Source: Polyangiales bacterium (GTDB lineage: Bacteria; Myxococcota_A; Polyangia; Polyangiales; Ga0077539). From it: DNA of 64,000 nt. The position numbers were made by a program, and so were the translations under genes. The DNA lies in assembly GCA_044229975.1 (NCBI GenBank), contig JBGARZ010000008.1:64001-128000 (forward strand). Reading direction: 5' to 3'. Positions within the stretch are counted from its first letter, which is position 1; the number at the start of each line of letters is the position of its first letter. The notes beneath the pieces were generated by a model. The model did no database searches. It had not been told where the DNA came from and was given only the letters and a program-made list of their open reading frames with translations. Below, in pieces: positions 36,906-46,979 of the stretch.

Positions 36906-39821
36906 ATGCGGCTGTCGATCTGCTTGATGCTCCTGAGCCTGCTCGCGGCGTGTACGCCGAGGGTCGAGCTGCTGCCAGCCAACGACGCCAGCGCCGACGG
37001 GGCGACCGGGCGCGACGCGACGGCCGACGCGCGGGTTGCGACCGAGTGCAGCTCTGACCGCGACTGCTCCTCGCAAGGGCTCGTCTGCGACCTCGACCAG
37101 GGGCTCTGTGTGGACTGCAACGCCCAGACGGACTGTCCGAGCGGCCTCGTCTGCCTGCGCCACGAGTGCCGGGCGGTGACCGCGTGCACCTCGTCGCGAA
37201 CGTGCCCCGGGCAGGTGTGCTCGACGCGGCTGGGGTTCTGCGTGGACTGCGACGCCGACCGCGACTGCCCCGAGACGCAGTTGTGCCGCGAGAGTCTGTG
37301 CGTCGATCGACCGACGCCGTGCCGCTCGTCGCGCGATTGCTCCGCCGGGGGATTGGTGTGCGACGAGGCGCAGGGGTTCTGCGTGGCGTGCGTCACGGAC
37401 GTGGACTGCCCCAGCGGGCGATACTGCAACAGCGCTCGCACCTGCGTCCGGCAGGCGTGCGTGCCCAACGAGACGAGCTGCCAGGACACGACGCGACAGC
37501 GCACCTGCAACGCCCGCGGGTCGGCCATCGCGGTCGCCGAGTGCGCCGCGGGGCAGACGTGCCGGGAGGGGCGGTGTCAGGTTCCGGTGTGCGTGGCGGG
37601 GGCGACGAGCTGCGACGCGGAGACGGGTGCGCGCCGCGTGTGCAACGCCGAGGGCAGCGGCTACGACGCGATGCCCTGCGAGGCGAGCCAGAGCTGTCGC
37701 GCGGGGATGTGCGTGGCGCGGACGTGCACGCCGGGCAGCGCGACGTGTGTGACGACGAGTGCGAGGAGTGTGTGCAACGCCGACGGACTCGGGTCGACCT
37801 CGGCGGCGTGCGCGACGGGCGAGAGCTGCCGCGAGGGCGTGTGCATGGCGCGGACGTGCACACCGGGGAGCGCGACGTGCGCGAGCGCGACGGCGAGGAG
37901 CGTGTGCAACGCCGACGGACTCGGAGCGACGGAGACGCTGTGCGAGGTGTCGCAGCGGTGCATGGACGGCGTGTGTCGCGCGCTCGCCTGCACGCCGGGC
38001 GCGTCGAGCTGCGCGGACTCGCGGACGGCGCGGGTGTGCAGCGCCGACGGGCTGAGCAGCATGACGCTGACGTGCCCGGGGATGTCGAGCTGCGTGGGGA
38101 CGGTGTGTAGCTCGTGGGTGTGCACGCCGGGCAGTGCGACGTGCGCGTCGACCACGACGCGGAGCGTGTGCAACGCCGATGGGTTGGCGAGCACGACGAG
38201 CGCGTGCCCGACGCCCGCCAACGGGACCGCGCCGCGGTGCGCGGATGGGGCGTGCGCGTTTGATTGCAATGCGGGCTTTGCGGACTGCAACCGCACGGCA
38301 GCGGATGGCTGCGAGGTGGGCACGGCGACGAGCGTGGCGCACTGCGGCGGCTGCGGGCGAGCCTGCGAGGCGCGGCCCAATACGTCGGCGAGCTGCGCGA
38401 GCGGGAGCTGCGTCTACGTGTGCGCGGCGGGGTTCGCGGACTGCGATGGGTCGGCGGCCAACGGCTGCGAGGTGAGCCTTGCGTCGACGACGGACTGCGG
38501 CGCGTGCGGTGTGCGGTGTGCGGCGAGCGAGGCGTGCGTCGCGGGACGCTGCGGGCCGGGGGCTACGTGCGCGCTGCCACAACGGGCGTGCGGGACGAGC
38601 TGTGTGGACCTTCGCAACAGCCTCACCAACTGTGGCTCATGTGGCAACGCGTGTCCGACAGGCCAGTCGTGCGTCAGCGGTCGATGCGCGCCGAGCTGCC
38701 CGGCGCAACGAGGCTACGTGGGCACCACGGGCAGTACGTGCCGCCTCGCGCTCGGTGATGCTTCGTACTGTCGCAGTGACGCCTCGTCTTCGACCCCGAC
38801 CCTCTGCCGCAATGGTGGTGTCTGCAATGACCAGGTCTGCAGCAGCACCTGCTCTCCCGGTCTCGCCCTCTGCGGCCGTGACTGCGCCAACCTCCAGGTG
38901 AGCCACCGCCATTGCGGCGCCTGCGACAACTCCTGCCTCTATGACCAGGACTGCGTCGACGGTCGCTGTGTGAACGCAGCCGGCTCCTGCACGTTGCCAC
39001 AGACCTCTTGCCCCAGTGGCTGCGTCGACCTTCGCAACAGCCTCACCAACTGCGGCTCATGTGGCAACGCCTGTCCGACCGGCCAGTCGTGCGTCAGCGG
39101 TCGATGCGCCCCGAGCTGCCCGGCGCAACGAGGCTACGTGGGCACCACGGGCAGTACGTGCCGCCTCGCGCTCGGTGATGCCTCGTACTGCCGCAGCGAC
39201 GCCTCCTCCTCAACCCCCACCTTCTGCCGCAATGGTGGTGTCTGCGACGGTGAGATCTGCCGCAGCACCTGCTCGCCTGGTCTCGCACTCTGCGGTCGCG
39301 ACTGCGCCAACCTCCAGGTGAGCCACCGCCACTGCGGCGCCTGTAACAACTCCTGCCTCTACGACCAGGACTGCGTCGACGGTCGCTGCGTCGCCGCAAT
39401 GGGCTCCTGCACGTTGCCGCAGACCTCCTGCCCCAGTGGCTGCGTCGACCTTCGCAACAGCCTCACCAACTGCGGCTCATGCGGCAACGCGTGTCCGACC
39501 GGCCAGTCGTGCGTCAGCGGTCGATGCGCCCCGAGCTGCCCAGCGCAACGAGGCTACGTGGGCACCACGGGCAGTACATGCCGCCTCGCCCTCGGCGATG
39601 CTTCGTACTGTCGCAGTGACGCCTCGTCTTCGACCCCCACCTTCTGTCGCAATGGCGGCGTCTGCGACGGCGAAGTCTGCAACAGCACCTGCTCTCCCGG
39701 TCTCGCGCTCTGCGGTCGTGACTGCGCCAACCTCCAGGTGAGCCACCGCCACTGCGGCGCCTGCAACAACTCCTGCAGCGTCGACCAGGACTGCGTCGGT
39801 GGTCGCTGCGTCGCTCCCTGA
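36906..39821 (+). CDS. Large Cys-rich repeat lipoprotein
   Basis: LLAAC lipobox; 44-aa repeats, ADC.G...NGCE units and three 140-aa C-terminal units. Confidence 0.88.
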   Translation: MRLSICLMLLSLLAACTPRVELLPANDASADGATGRDATADARVATECSSDRDCSSQGLVCDLDQGLCVDCNAQTDCPSGLVCLRHECRAVTACTSSRTCPGQVCSTRLGFCVDCDADRDCPETQLCRESLCVDRPTPCRSSRDCSAGGLVCDEAQGFCVACVTDVDCPSGRYCNSARTCVRQACVPNETSCQDTTRQRTCNARGSAIAVAECAAGQTCREGRCQVPVCVAGATSCDAETGARRVCNAEGSGYDAMPCEASQSCRAGMCVARTCTPGSATCVTTSARSVCNADGLGSTSAACATGESCREGVCMARTCTPGSATCASATARSVCNADGLGATETLCEVSQRCMDGVCRALACTPGASSCADSRTARVCSADGLSSMTLTCPGMSSCVGTVCSSWVCTPGSATCASTTTRSVCNADGLASTTSACPTPANGTAPRCADGACAFDCNAGFADCNRTAADGCEVGTATSVAHCGGCGRACEARPNTSASCASGSCVYVCAAGFADCDGSAANGCEVSLASTTDCGACGVRCAASEACVAGRCGPGATCALPQRACGTSCVDLRNSLTNCGSCGNACPTGQSCVSGRCAPSCPAQRGYVGTTGSTCRLALGDASYCRSDASSSTPTLCRNGGVCNDQVCSSTCSPGLALCGRDCANLQVSHRHCGACDNSCLYDQDCVDGRCVNAAGSCTLPQTSCPSGCVDLRNSLTNCGSCGNACPTGQSCVSGRCAPSCPAQRGYVGTTGSTCRLALGDASYCRSDASSSTPTFCRNGGVCDGEICRSTCSPGLALCGRDCANLQVSHRHCGACNNSCLYDQDCVDGRCVAAMGSCTLPQTSCPSGCVDLRNSLTNCGSCGNACPTGQSCVSGRCAPSCPAQRGYVGTTGSTCRLALGDASYCRSDASSSTPTFCRNGGVCDGEVCNSTCSPGLALCGRDCANLQVSHRHCGACNNSCSVDQDCVGGRCVAP
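38601..39815 (+). repeat. Intragenic tandem repeat, 3 x 420 bp
   Basis: TG.GT.GACCTTCGCAACAGCCTCACCAACTG... recurs at 38601, 39021 and 39441. Confidence 0.95.
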
Positions 39822-39929
39822 TCGACACCGTCACTCCTCCGCCCGACGCCGAGCGCCAACGGCCCGTTCAGTGTGACCAACGGGCACCGCTGTCGCCGTG
39901 GCCTTTGCTACGTTGCGCCCGCGGCGCGC

Positions 39930-39945
39930 TGGCATCGCGCTCGCT
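39930..39945 (+). promoter_or_regulatory. Putative sigma-54 promoter
   Basis: TGGCATC-GCGC-TCGCT (GG-N10-GC), then GGAGG and GTG 39970. Confidence 0.5.
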
Positions 39946-39969
39946 ATGACGCCGGTCGGAGGCTTTGCT

Positions 39970-40251
39970 GTGAAAGTACGTGACGCCCGCTCAACGCTGC
40001 TGATGTTGACCGCCCTGTGCGCCGTGCTCGGGCACGCCCGTCGCGGCGAAGCGCTGAGCTGCGCCCTCCCGACGGAGCACTACACGTTGACCATCGTCTC
40101 CGTCACGGTGGACGGCTCGCCCGCGAGCGACCTCGGCCCCTGGCAGCGTCACGCGATCACCATGACCAGCACCTACAACGGCGTCGCCAGCGTGCGCGGG
40201 TACCGCGCCGACGAGGCGGACTTCTACCTGTCGCTGGAGCCGCAACCGTGA
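39970..40251 (+). CDS. Small secreted protein A' (paralog of 36308-36589)
   Basis: RSTLL..HARRGEALSC.LPTE..VSVTV.G....L.PWQRH shared; same 282-bp length. Confidence 0.78.
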   Translation: MKVRDARSTLLMLTALCAVLGHARRGEALSCALPTEHYTLTIVSVTVDGSPASDLGPWQRHAITMTSTYNGVASVRGYRADEADFYLSLEPQP

Positions 40252-40550
40252 GGCGCTTCGTTTGGAGCTCGCTCGCGTTCGTGCTGTCGACGCTCGCGCT
40301 GTCTGGTTGTCTCTGGGAGGAAGGGTGCCCCGACTACGGAGATCCGCCGCCGGTCGCGAGCGGGCGCTATCGGGGCATCGTGCTCGGCAACCCGTCGCCG
40401 ACGCTCGTCGCCCCGTCGTCGATCCCGTCCGAGGGCGCCCCGGTGAGCGCGACCGTCGACCGCAACGCCGGGACGGTGCAGATGCGCTGGACCGCGTCCG
40501 ACGGCCGCGTCGTCGTCGAGACGTGGCGCCTGCAGCGGCTCAACCCCTGA
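40248..40550 (+). CDS. Small lipoprotein B' (paralog of 36586-36852)
   Basis: LSGC lipobox, CPDYGD, ATVDRNAGT..RW..DG.VVVET; GTGA overlap. Confidence 0.78.
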   Translation: MRRFVWSSLAFVLSTLALSGCLWEEGCPDYGDPPPVASGRYRGIVLGNPSPTLVAPSSIPSEGAPVSATVDRNAGTVQMRWTASDGRVVVETWRLQRLNP

Positions 40551-40559
40551 CCGCGCCCG

Positions 40560-42143
40560 TCACTGGCGCAGACGCAGCCTGATCACGAACCTCGCCCGCG
40601 ACGCGTCCCACGCTTCGGCCTGCGCCTCGACCACGTCGCCCATCACGAAGGCCGGCGCCCCGCCCTCGCGCGACGCGGGCAACATCGCCACCTGCCGATC
40701 GGGCCGGTACGTCGTCCCGTACGCGTGCTCCAGGTCGACCGAGTACACCTTCAGGTCCACCGCGCATCCGTCGAGCGCGACGTACACCCGCGTCGAGCGA
40801 ACCCCCACCACCGTCCCCACCCGCCACGGCCGCCGCGCGGGCTCCACCGCGAGGTCGTCGCCCAGGAGCTGATCGAGCACCAGCAGATCGACCGCCTTGT
40901 CCACCTCGCCCTGCCGACGGCGCGCTTCGTTGGCCGACGCGATCACGGCCTCTCTCGTGACGAGGTCTTCCTCCCGCGGACGCGGCGTCACCAGGCGCAG
41001 CGCCTCCAGCAGCTCCTTGTGCGAGAAGACGCCCACCGCCTCGCGCATGGGCGCCGTCATTCGCGCGTAGCCATCGACCCCGAGCGCGTGGTGGGGACCG
41101 CTCCTCGCCTGAAACGACGACGCCCGATATGTGTAGCGGACCTGCCGCTCTACCGCCTGCGAGAGCCTCTCGGTCGTCGCGTCGCGCGGGAGCGACGACA
41201 GCCACGCCGCGAGCTCATCGCCGCGGCGCCAGCGCCAGCGATCGTCGAGGCCACGCTGCTCGGCGAGGGCACCGAGGAGTTCTTCGAGCTCGGCGAGGCG
41301 GTCGTACAGCGGCGGGAGGTGGACCCGAAACACCGCCTGCACGTCGTCGTTGTAGCGACCGAAGGTCTGCAACATCTTCGCGCCCTCGATGTTGCAGAGG
41401 AGGGAGATCTGCTCGTTCCAGCGCTCGACGTCGTTGCGGCCGCGGGTCGTGGCGCGCAGGCGCTTCGGGTCGTCGGGGTCGACGTCCACGTTGGCCTCGT
41501 CGCGTTGCAGGGTGAGTACCCCGCGCGAAGCAGCCTCGGCGATGCGCCGCTTGCCCAGCTCGGCGAACATCCGCAGCGAGGTCTTCACCGCCGGATCGTC
41601 GCAGCGCGGGTCGCCCGAGCACCCCGCGTCGAACCACCGCTGCACCCCTTCGTAGGAGAGCTTCGCGCGGCTGCGGATGCGCGCCCGGTGCACCACCGCG
41701 CTCACACAACGCCCCGACGCGTCGGTCTGGACGATGAACACCAACGCCCGACGCAGGACGTTGGGGTTGAGCGAGACGAGCCCCTCGGAGAGCGCCTCCG
41801 GCAGCATCGGGATCGCGAAGCCCGGCAGGTAGAAGCTCGACCCCATGGCGAGCGCGCGGCGCCAGAGCGCTGTGCCCGGACGGGCGTAGTACGACGCGTC
41901 GGCGAGGGCGTAGCGCAGCACGAAATCGCTGCCGCGGCGGTCGACGAAGAGGGCCTGGTCGAGGTCGCGGGAGCCCTCGTTGTCGATGGTGACGTAGGGG
42001 ATGGCGGTCTCGTCCACGAGGCCATGGTCGAGGCCGGGGGAGGCCACCCACGCGGCGACCTCGGCGTCCACGGCGGGGTCCGGCGCGGGGCGAAGTTCGA
42101 GGCGGTCGACGAGGTCGCGGAGGCGCTGCGAGAGGTCGCTCAT
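40560..42143 (-). CDS. RNB-domain (RNase II/R family) ribonuclease
   Basis: VTIDNEGSRDLDQA, YLPG....MLP, FRVH, HHAL...Y.R.TAPMR. Confidence 0.88.
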   Translation of the reverse strand: MSDLSQRLRDLVDRLELRPAPDPAVDAEVAAWVASPGLDHGLVDETAIPYVTIDNEGSRDLDQALFVDRRGSDFVLRYALADASYYARPGTALWRRALAMGSSFYLPGFAIPMLPEALSEGLVSLNPNVLRRALVFIVQTDASGRCVSAVVHRARIRSRAKLSYEGVQRWFDAGCSGDPRCDDPAVKTSLRMFAELGKRRIAEAASRGVLTLQRDEANVDVDPDDPKRLRATTRGRNDVERWNEQISLLCNIEGAKMLQTFGRYNDDVQAVFRVHLPPLYDRLAELEELLGALAEQRGLDDRWRWRRGDELAAWLSSLPRDATTERLSQAVERQVRYTYRASSFQARSGPHHALGVDGYARMTAPMREAVGVFSHKELLEALRLVTPRPREEDLVTREAVIASANEARRRQGEVDKAVDLLVLDQLLGDDLAVEPARRPWRVGTVVGVRSTRVYVALDGCAVDLKVYSVDLEHAYGTTYRPDRQVAMLPASREGGAPAFVMGDVVEAQAEAWDASRARFVIRLRLRQ

Positions 42144-42236
42144 CGTGGAAGAGCGTACGACGAAGCGACGGTCGAGAGCGGTGGGTCACCCGACGGGTTG
42201 ACGCCGCTCGCGCGATGCCCGTATCAGCCGTTCGCC

Positions 42237-43052
42237 ATGCCGAAGATCTCGCTCACGGGGAAGTACACGCTCGTCACCGGCGCGTCGTCGGGCCTCGGCC
42301 TGGAGATGGCGCGCATCATCGCCCGCGACCACAAGGGGCACCTCGTGCTCGTCGCGCGGCGGCTCGACCGGCTGGAGGCGCTCGCGACGGAGCTGCGGGC
42401 AGCGCACGGCGTCGAGGTGGTGTGCATCCAGGCCGACATGACGAAGCGCGACGACGTCACGCGAACCTTCGAGGAGGCGACGGCAGGGAGGAGCATCCAC
42501 GCGGCGATTCTCAACGCGGGCGTGACCTACTTCGGCCGCGGGCTCGACCTCGGCTTCGATGACTTCTCGGCGATGCTCGCGACCAACGTCACGAGCGTCG
42601 TGTGGCTCACGCAGCGCTTCGCCGAACACGTCATCGCGCACAGCCCCGGCGGCGGCGTGATGATCGTCTCCAGCGTCGCCGGAACCACCGCCACCCCCTT
42701 CCAGGCCGCCTACTCGGGGACGAAGGCCTTCCTCAACAACTTCGGCATGGCCCTCGCGGAGGAGCTCGTCGGCGAGCCCGTGTCGGTGACGGTGTTCGTC
42801 CCGGGCGGCATCGCGACGGAGATGGGGGAGAAGTCGGGGACGGCGAAGAAGTTCAAGAAGGGCGACGTCGGGATGATGGACGCCGACGTGTGCGCCCGCC
42901 GCGCCGTCAACGGCCTCGTGCGACGCGAGCGCTTCGTGATCCCCGGCGCGCTCAACCTCCTCAATGACCTCGTGCTGCGCTTCACGCCGCGGGCCCTCGC
43001 CGCCGCCATGGCCGCGCGCATCTACCGCGGCGCGCTGCCACCGAAGTCCTGA
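42237..43052 (+). CDS. Short-chain dehydrogenase/reductase
   Basis: TGASSGLG, NAG, YSGTK. Confidence 0.93.
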   Translation: MPKISLTGKYTLVTGASSGLGLEMARIIARDHKGHLVLVARRLDRLEALATELRAAHGVEVVCIQADMTKRDDVTRTFEEATAGRSIHAAILNAGVTYFGRGLDLGFDDFSAMLATNVTSVVWLTQRFAEHVIAHSPGGGVMIVSSVAGTTATPFQAAYSGTKAFLNNFGMALAEELVGEPVSVTVFVPGGIATEMGEKSGTAKKFKKGDVGMMDADVCARRAVNGLVRRERFVIPGALNLLNDLVLRFTPRALAAAMAARIYRGALPPKS

Positions 43053-43066
43053 TATCGTCGGCCGTC

Positions 43067-44500
43067 ATGTCGTCGGACCATGATCCGCTCCCCCCGGCGG
43101 GCCGACTGAAGACGCTCCTCGGCTACGGCGCGATGACCGGCGCGGCGGTGGCGGTGTTCGTTGCCATCCGCTCGGCGGGCGCCGGGCTCGTCGCACCCGT
43201 CACGACGGGCGCCACCTTCGGGCGCACCCACAGCCCGGGCCACAGCGACGCCCTCTTCCACGTGCTGCTCGCGCTCATCGTCATCATCGTGGCGTCGCGA
43301 CTCACAGGGGCGTTGTTTCGCCGCCTCGGACAGCCACCGGTCATCGGTGAGGTGATCGCGGGCATCCTCCTCGGGCCGTCGCTGCTCGGCCGGATTTCGC
43401 CCGCCGCCGGGGCGTGGCTGCTGCCGCCGTCGGTCGCGCCGCACCTCGGCGTGCTCGCGCAGGTCGGGGTGATCCTGTTCATGTTCCTGGTGGGTTTGGA
43501 GCTCGACACGGGAGTGTTGAAGCGGCGGGCGCACGTCACCATCGCCATCTCGCACGCGAGCATCGTCGCGCCCTTCCTCCTGGGCTCGGCGACGGCTCTC
43601 TGGGTCTATCCGAAGCTCTCGCACCGGGGCGTTCCGTTTGGTGTCTTCGCGCTGTTCATGGGCGTCGCGATGTCGGTCACGGCGTTTCCGGTGCTCGCGC
43701 GCATCCTCACCGACCGGGGCATCCAGCGAACGCGCCTCGGCGTCATCGCCCTCGCCTGCGCGGCCGTCGACGACGTCACCGCGTGGTGCCTGCTCGCGCT
43801 CGTCTCGGGCGTGGCGCAGGCGCAGCTCGGCAACGCGGCGCAGACCCTCGGGTTCGCGGCGCTCTACGTCACCGTGATGCTCGGCGTGGTGCGACCGGCC
43901 GTCACGCGCGCCGTGCGAAAGCAGGAGCTCGTCGGCGCCCTCAGCCCGCACGCCACGGCGGTGGTGCTCGTCGGGCTGCTGGCCTCTGCGCTCGCCACCG
44001 AGGCGATCGGCATCCACGCGCTGTTCGGGGCGTTTCTACTGGGGGCGATCATCCCGCACGAGTCGCTGCTCGCGAAGTCGATGCGGCAGAAGCTCGAAGA
44101 CGTGGTGCTGGTGTTTCTGCTGCCGGCGTTTTTCGCCTTCACGGGGATGCGCACGCAGATCGGGCTCGTGCACGGGTTCGACCAGTGGCTGGTGTGCGCC
44201 GTGCTCATCGCGGTGGCCTGCGCCGGCAAGTTCGGCGGGACGATGGTGGCCGCGCGCCTCTCGGGTCTCGACACGCGCGACGCCGCGAGCCTCGGCGTGT
44301 TGATGAACACCCGCGGCCTCATGGAGCTCATCGTGCTCAACGTGGGCTTGGACCTCGGGGTGCTGTCGCCGACGCTCTTCGCGATGATGGTGCTGATGGC
44401 GCTCGCCACGACGCTCGCCACGACGCCGCTCTTCCTGCTGCTCCGCCGCGGGCACGCGCTCGACGACGAACGCGGCAACCTCGCTCGCGCGGGGGGCTGA
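43067..44500 (+). CDS. CPA2-family cation:proton antiporter
   Basis: QPPVIGE..AGI.LGPS, TAFPVLARIL, DDV.AW, MNTRGL.EL. Confidence 0.93.
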   Translation: MSSDHDPLPPAGRLKTLLGYGAMTGAAVAVFVAIRSAGAGLVAPVTTGATFGRTHSPGHSDALFHVLLALIVIIVASRLTGALFRRLGQPPVIGEVIAGILLGPSLLGRISPAAGAWLLPPSVAPHLGVLAQVGVILFMFLVGLELDTGVLKRRAHVTIAISHASIVAPFLLGSATALWVYPKLSHRGVPFGVFALFMGVAMSVTAFPVLARILTDRGIQRTRLGVIALACAAVDDVTAWCLLALVSGVAQAQLGNAAQTLGFAALYVTVMLGVVRPAVTRAVRKQELVGALSPHATAVVLVGLLASALATEAIGIHALFGAFLLGAIIPHESLLAKSMRQKLEDVVLVFLLPAFFAFTGMRTQIGLVHGFDQWLVCAVLIAVACAGKFGGTMVAARLSGLDTRDAASLGVLMNTRGLMELIVLNVGLDLGVLSPTLFAMMVLMALATTLATTPLFLLLRRGHALDDERGNLARAGG

Positions 44501-44549
44501 GCCGCTCTACGCATCCGCCGACGCGTCGGTGGTAGCGTCGTCGGTGTCC

Positions 44550-45362
44550 ATGTCCACTCGCCCGACCAGGGGTCGCGCGCGTTCGCTCGGCTGCGTCGTC
44601 AGCCTCGCCGTCGCGCTCGTCCGCTGCGCCCAAGGGAACGTCGCGGACGACGCCGCGTCTCTCGACGTGGCAGACGTCGTCGCGGTCGCCAATGATCGAG
44701 GCGTCGACGTGGTGGTCGCTCCCATCGACGCCGCGGTGATGGACGCCGCTCGCCCCGCCATGGACGTCCCCTCGCCCGTCGATGCGCCTCGCGCTCCCGA
44801 TGCGGGCGCTGCTGATGCGGGCACTCCCGACATGGGCGCTTCCGACGTGGGTGCTTCGTCGGTGGCGTGCGGTGACGGCTTCATCGACCGGGCCTCCGGC
44901 GAGGTGTGCGACGACGGCAACCGCATGGATGACGACGCGTGCGCGGCCGACTGTCGACGCGTGTTCTGCGAGGACGGATCGTGGCGCACCATCGATCCGG
45001 CGACGGCGCGCTGCTACTGGCGTGACACCAACGTGTCCGTGCGCGACGCCGCGGTCACGCGCTGCACCGCCCGCGGCGGACAGCTCGCGGTGTTCGAGAC
45101 CGCGGCGGAGGCAGCCGTGGTCTACCCGGCAGTCGGGCTCAGCGGCGGCACGAGCACCGTCTGGATCGGGCTGCGCCGCGTCGGCTCGGCGTGGACCTGG
45201 GACAACGGAGTGGCACTCGCGTTCACGGGCTTCCGCGAGGGCGAGCCGGCCGGAGACGGAGCCTGCGCCGAGTGGGGGCCGACCAACGACTTCAACGACC
45301 TCCCCTGCGAGGTGCGGCGCGACCTGCTCTGCGAACGAGCGCCGCCGGGGCGACCACGCTGA
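44550..45362 (+). CDS. Exported protein with myxobacterial Cys repeat and C-type lectin domain
   Basis: CGDG....EVCDDGN...DDAC..DC, then WIGL, W.W.NG, ND.PC..LCE. Confidence 0.8.
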   Translation: MSTRPTRGRARSLGCVVSLAVALVRCAQGNVADDAASLDVADVVAVANDRGVDVVVAPIDAAVMDAARPAMDVPSPVDAPRAPDAGAADAGTPDMGASDVGASSVACGDGFIDRASGEVCDDGNRMDDDACAADCRRVFCEDGSWRTIDPATARCYWRDTNVSVRDAAVTRCTARGGQLAVFETAAEAAVVYPAVGLSGGTSTVWIGLRRVGSAWTWDNGVALAFTGFREGEPAGDGACAEWGPTNDFNDLPCEVRRDLLCERAPPGRPR

Positions 45363-45369
45363 TCACCGG

Positions 45370-46863
45370 TCAGTTGCAGCGCGGCGCCGGATCGGGGCAC
45401 GCGCCGTTGGCGTCGGCCTGCGGCGACTGGTGGCAGCCCGTCCCGAACTGCGTGAAGTCGTTGCCCGCCGTGGGGAGGTTGAAGTCGATGGGAGAGCCGT
45501 TCCAGTGGCGGCCGATGGCGACGCCGTTGGGGTCTGCGCCCGCGAAGCTGAGGTGCTCGATGGCGCCCGCGTTGGGCTGCGCCTCGATCATCAAGAAGGG
45601 GTTGTCGCTCGACGTCCCCTCCCAGTCGCAGAGCTGGCCGTTCCACGCTTCGCCCGCGTTGCGGATCGTCACGTAGCGCAGCCGCGTCGCGGTGCGGTTG
45701 TAGCGCGGTCCGAGGTACACCCCGTGCCACTGCGCGGGGCCCTCGTCGGTGCCCGCCGGGCGCAGCGTGATGCGCGTCGCCTCGGCCCCGCCGTCCATCA
45801 CCAATCCGCCTTCGGCGTCGTAGCCCACGCTGATGCCCGCGCCGCGTCCGAAGCGCAGCGTGGTGCCCGGCGCGATGGTGAGCACCGGCGCCGTCGGGCC
45901 GTCGACGCGGAGATCAGTGCCGTCGGCGAGGTGGTACGGCACGCCCGGGTTTCGCCACGTCGCGCTCTGCCGGATGGTGACCTGGTCGTTGCCACCGACC
46001 GCCTCGGCGACGAACACCTCGTCGACGGCGTTGCCCGTGTACGCCCCCGCGGGGAGGCTCCCGACGGAGGGCGCGCGCTGCACGTACACCGCGCCCGTGA
46101 CCGCCGCGTTGCCTGCGACGGTGCCCGTCACCGTGAGGTCGGACGAGTCGGGGGTGAAGGTTCCGCCTTCGACGAGGGCGACGCCGAAGCCACGGCACTG
46201 CCGGGCGCTCAGGTGGTCGACGTGGAGGCCGGGCGCGGCCACGTAGAGGCACGCCGTGCGGCTGTCCCAGTCGGCGCCGCCGTGCTCGATGACGACGTGC
46301 GAGAGGCGCTGGTTGCGCCGGGCGTGGGCGTTGAACCACACGCCCTTCCAGTCGCCCGCCTGGGGCTGCGGGTTGTTGGAGCCGAAGCGGATGGGGTGCT
46401 GCGCGTCGCCCACCGCGGAGAGCCCGGCGCCGTCGCGCACCCACACGCCGTTGCCGCCGCCGACGAGCACCACCGCGCACGGGGCGATGGTGAGCGTCAC
46501 GCCGTCCTGCACCTCCAGGCCGTCGGGGAGGCGGTGCGGAGAGTCTTCGAGGGTCCAGGTCTCGTTGCGCTGAACGCTCGCGTCGTGGATGGTGCCGGGC
46601 AGCAGCGCGGCCATGTCCGCGAGCGCGGGGCAGCCCGAGGCGCGCGACGGCGCCGGGGTGCGAACGCTCGACGGAGTGGGTGGGGTCGCCGGCGCAGCGC
46701 CGTTGCCCGGTGCGGGCGCTGCGGGGTCGGCAGCAGGCGCAGCCGTCGCCGGTGCGGGCGCGCTGCCCGTGAGCCCATGAACGATGTCCATCACCTTGCG
46801 GCACCCGAAGGAGCCGGACACCGCGAGCGAGAGCGACAACAACACGATGGGGCGATGGTTCAT
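45370..46863 (-). CDS. Lipoprotein with repeated beta-helix-like modules
   Basis: SFGC lipobox, Pro/Ala linker, two TLTI.PG..L..G / W.G..F/L units. Confidence 0.75.
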   Translation of the reverse strand: MNHRPIVLLSLSLAVSGSFGCRKVMDIVHGLTGSAPAPATAAPAADPAAPAPGNGAAPATPPTPSSVRTPAPSRASGCPALADMAALLPGTIHDASVQRNETWTLEDSPHRLPDGLEVQDGVTLTIAPCAVVLVGGGNGVWVRDGAGLSAVGDAQHPIRFGSNNPQPQAGDWKGVWFNAHARRNQRLSHVVIEHGGADWDSRTACLYVAAPGLHVDHLSARQCRGFGVALVEGGTFTPDSSDLTVTGTVAGNAAVTGAVYVQRAPSVGSLPAGAYTGNAVDEVFVAEAVGGNDQVTIRQSATWRNPGVPYHLADGTDLRVDGPTAPVLTIAPGTTLRFGRGAGISVGYDAEGGLVMDGGAEATRITLRPAGTDEGPAQWHGVYLGPRYNRTATRLRYVTIRNAGEAWNGQLCDWEGTSSDNPFLMIEAQPNAGAIEHLSFAGADPNGVAIGRHWNGSPIDFNLPTAGNDFTQFGTGCHQSPQADANGACPDPAPRCN

Positions 46864-46979
46864 GGGGTCTCCTTCGGCCCCGATGCTACGGCGTCCGCCC
46901 ACGGGTCCAGCAGCGAAAGTGCGCGCGGTGCCGCCGAGGAGAAACGCCCCGTTCGTGAGGTCGACTAGACTCCGCCGCG

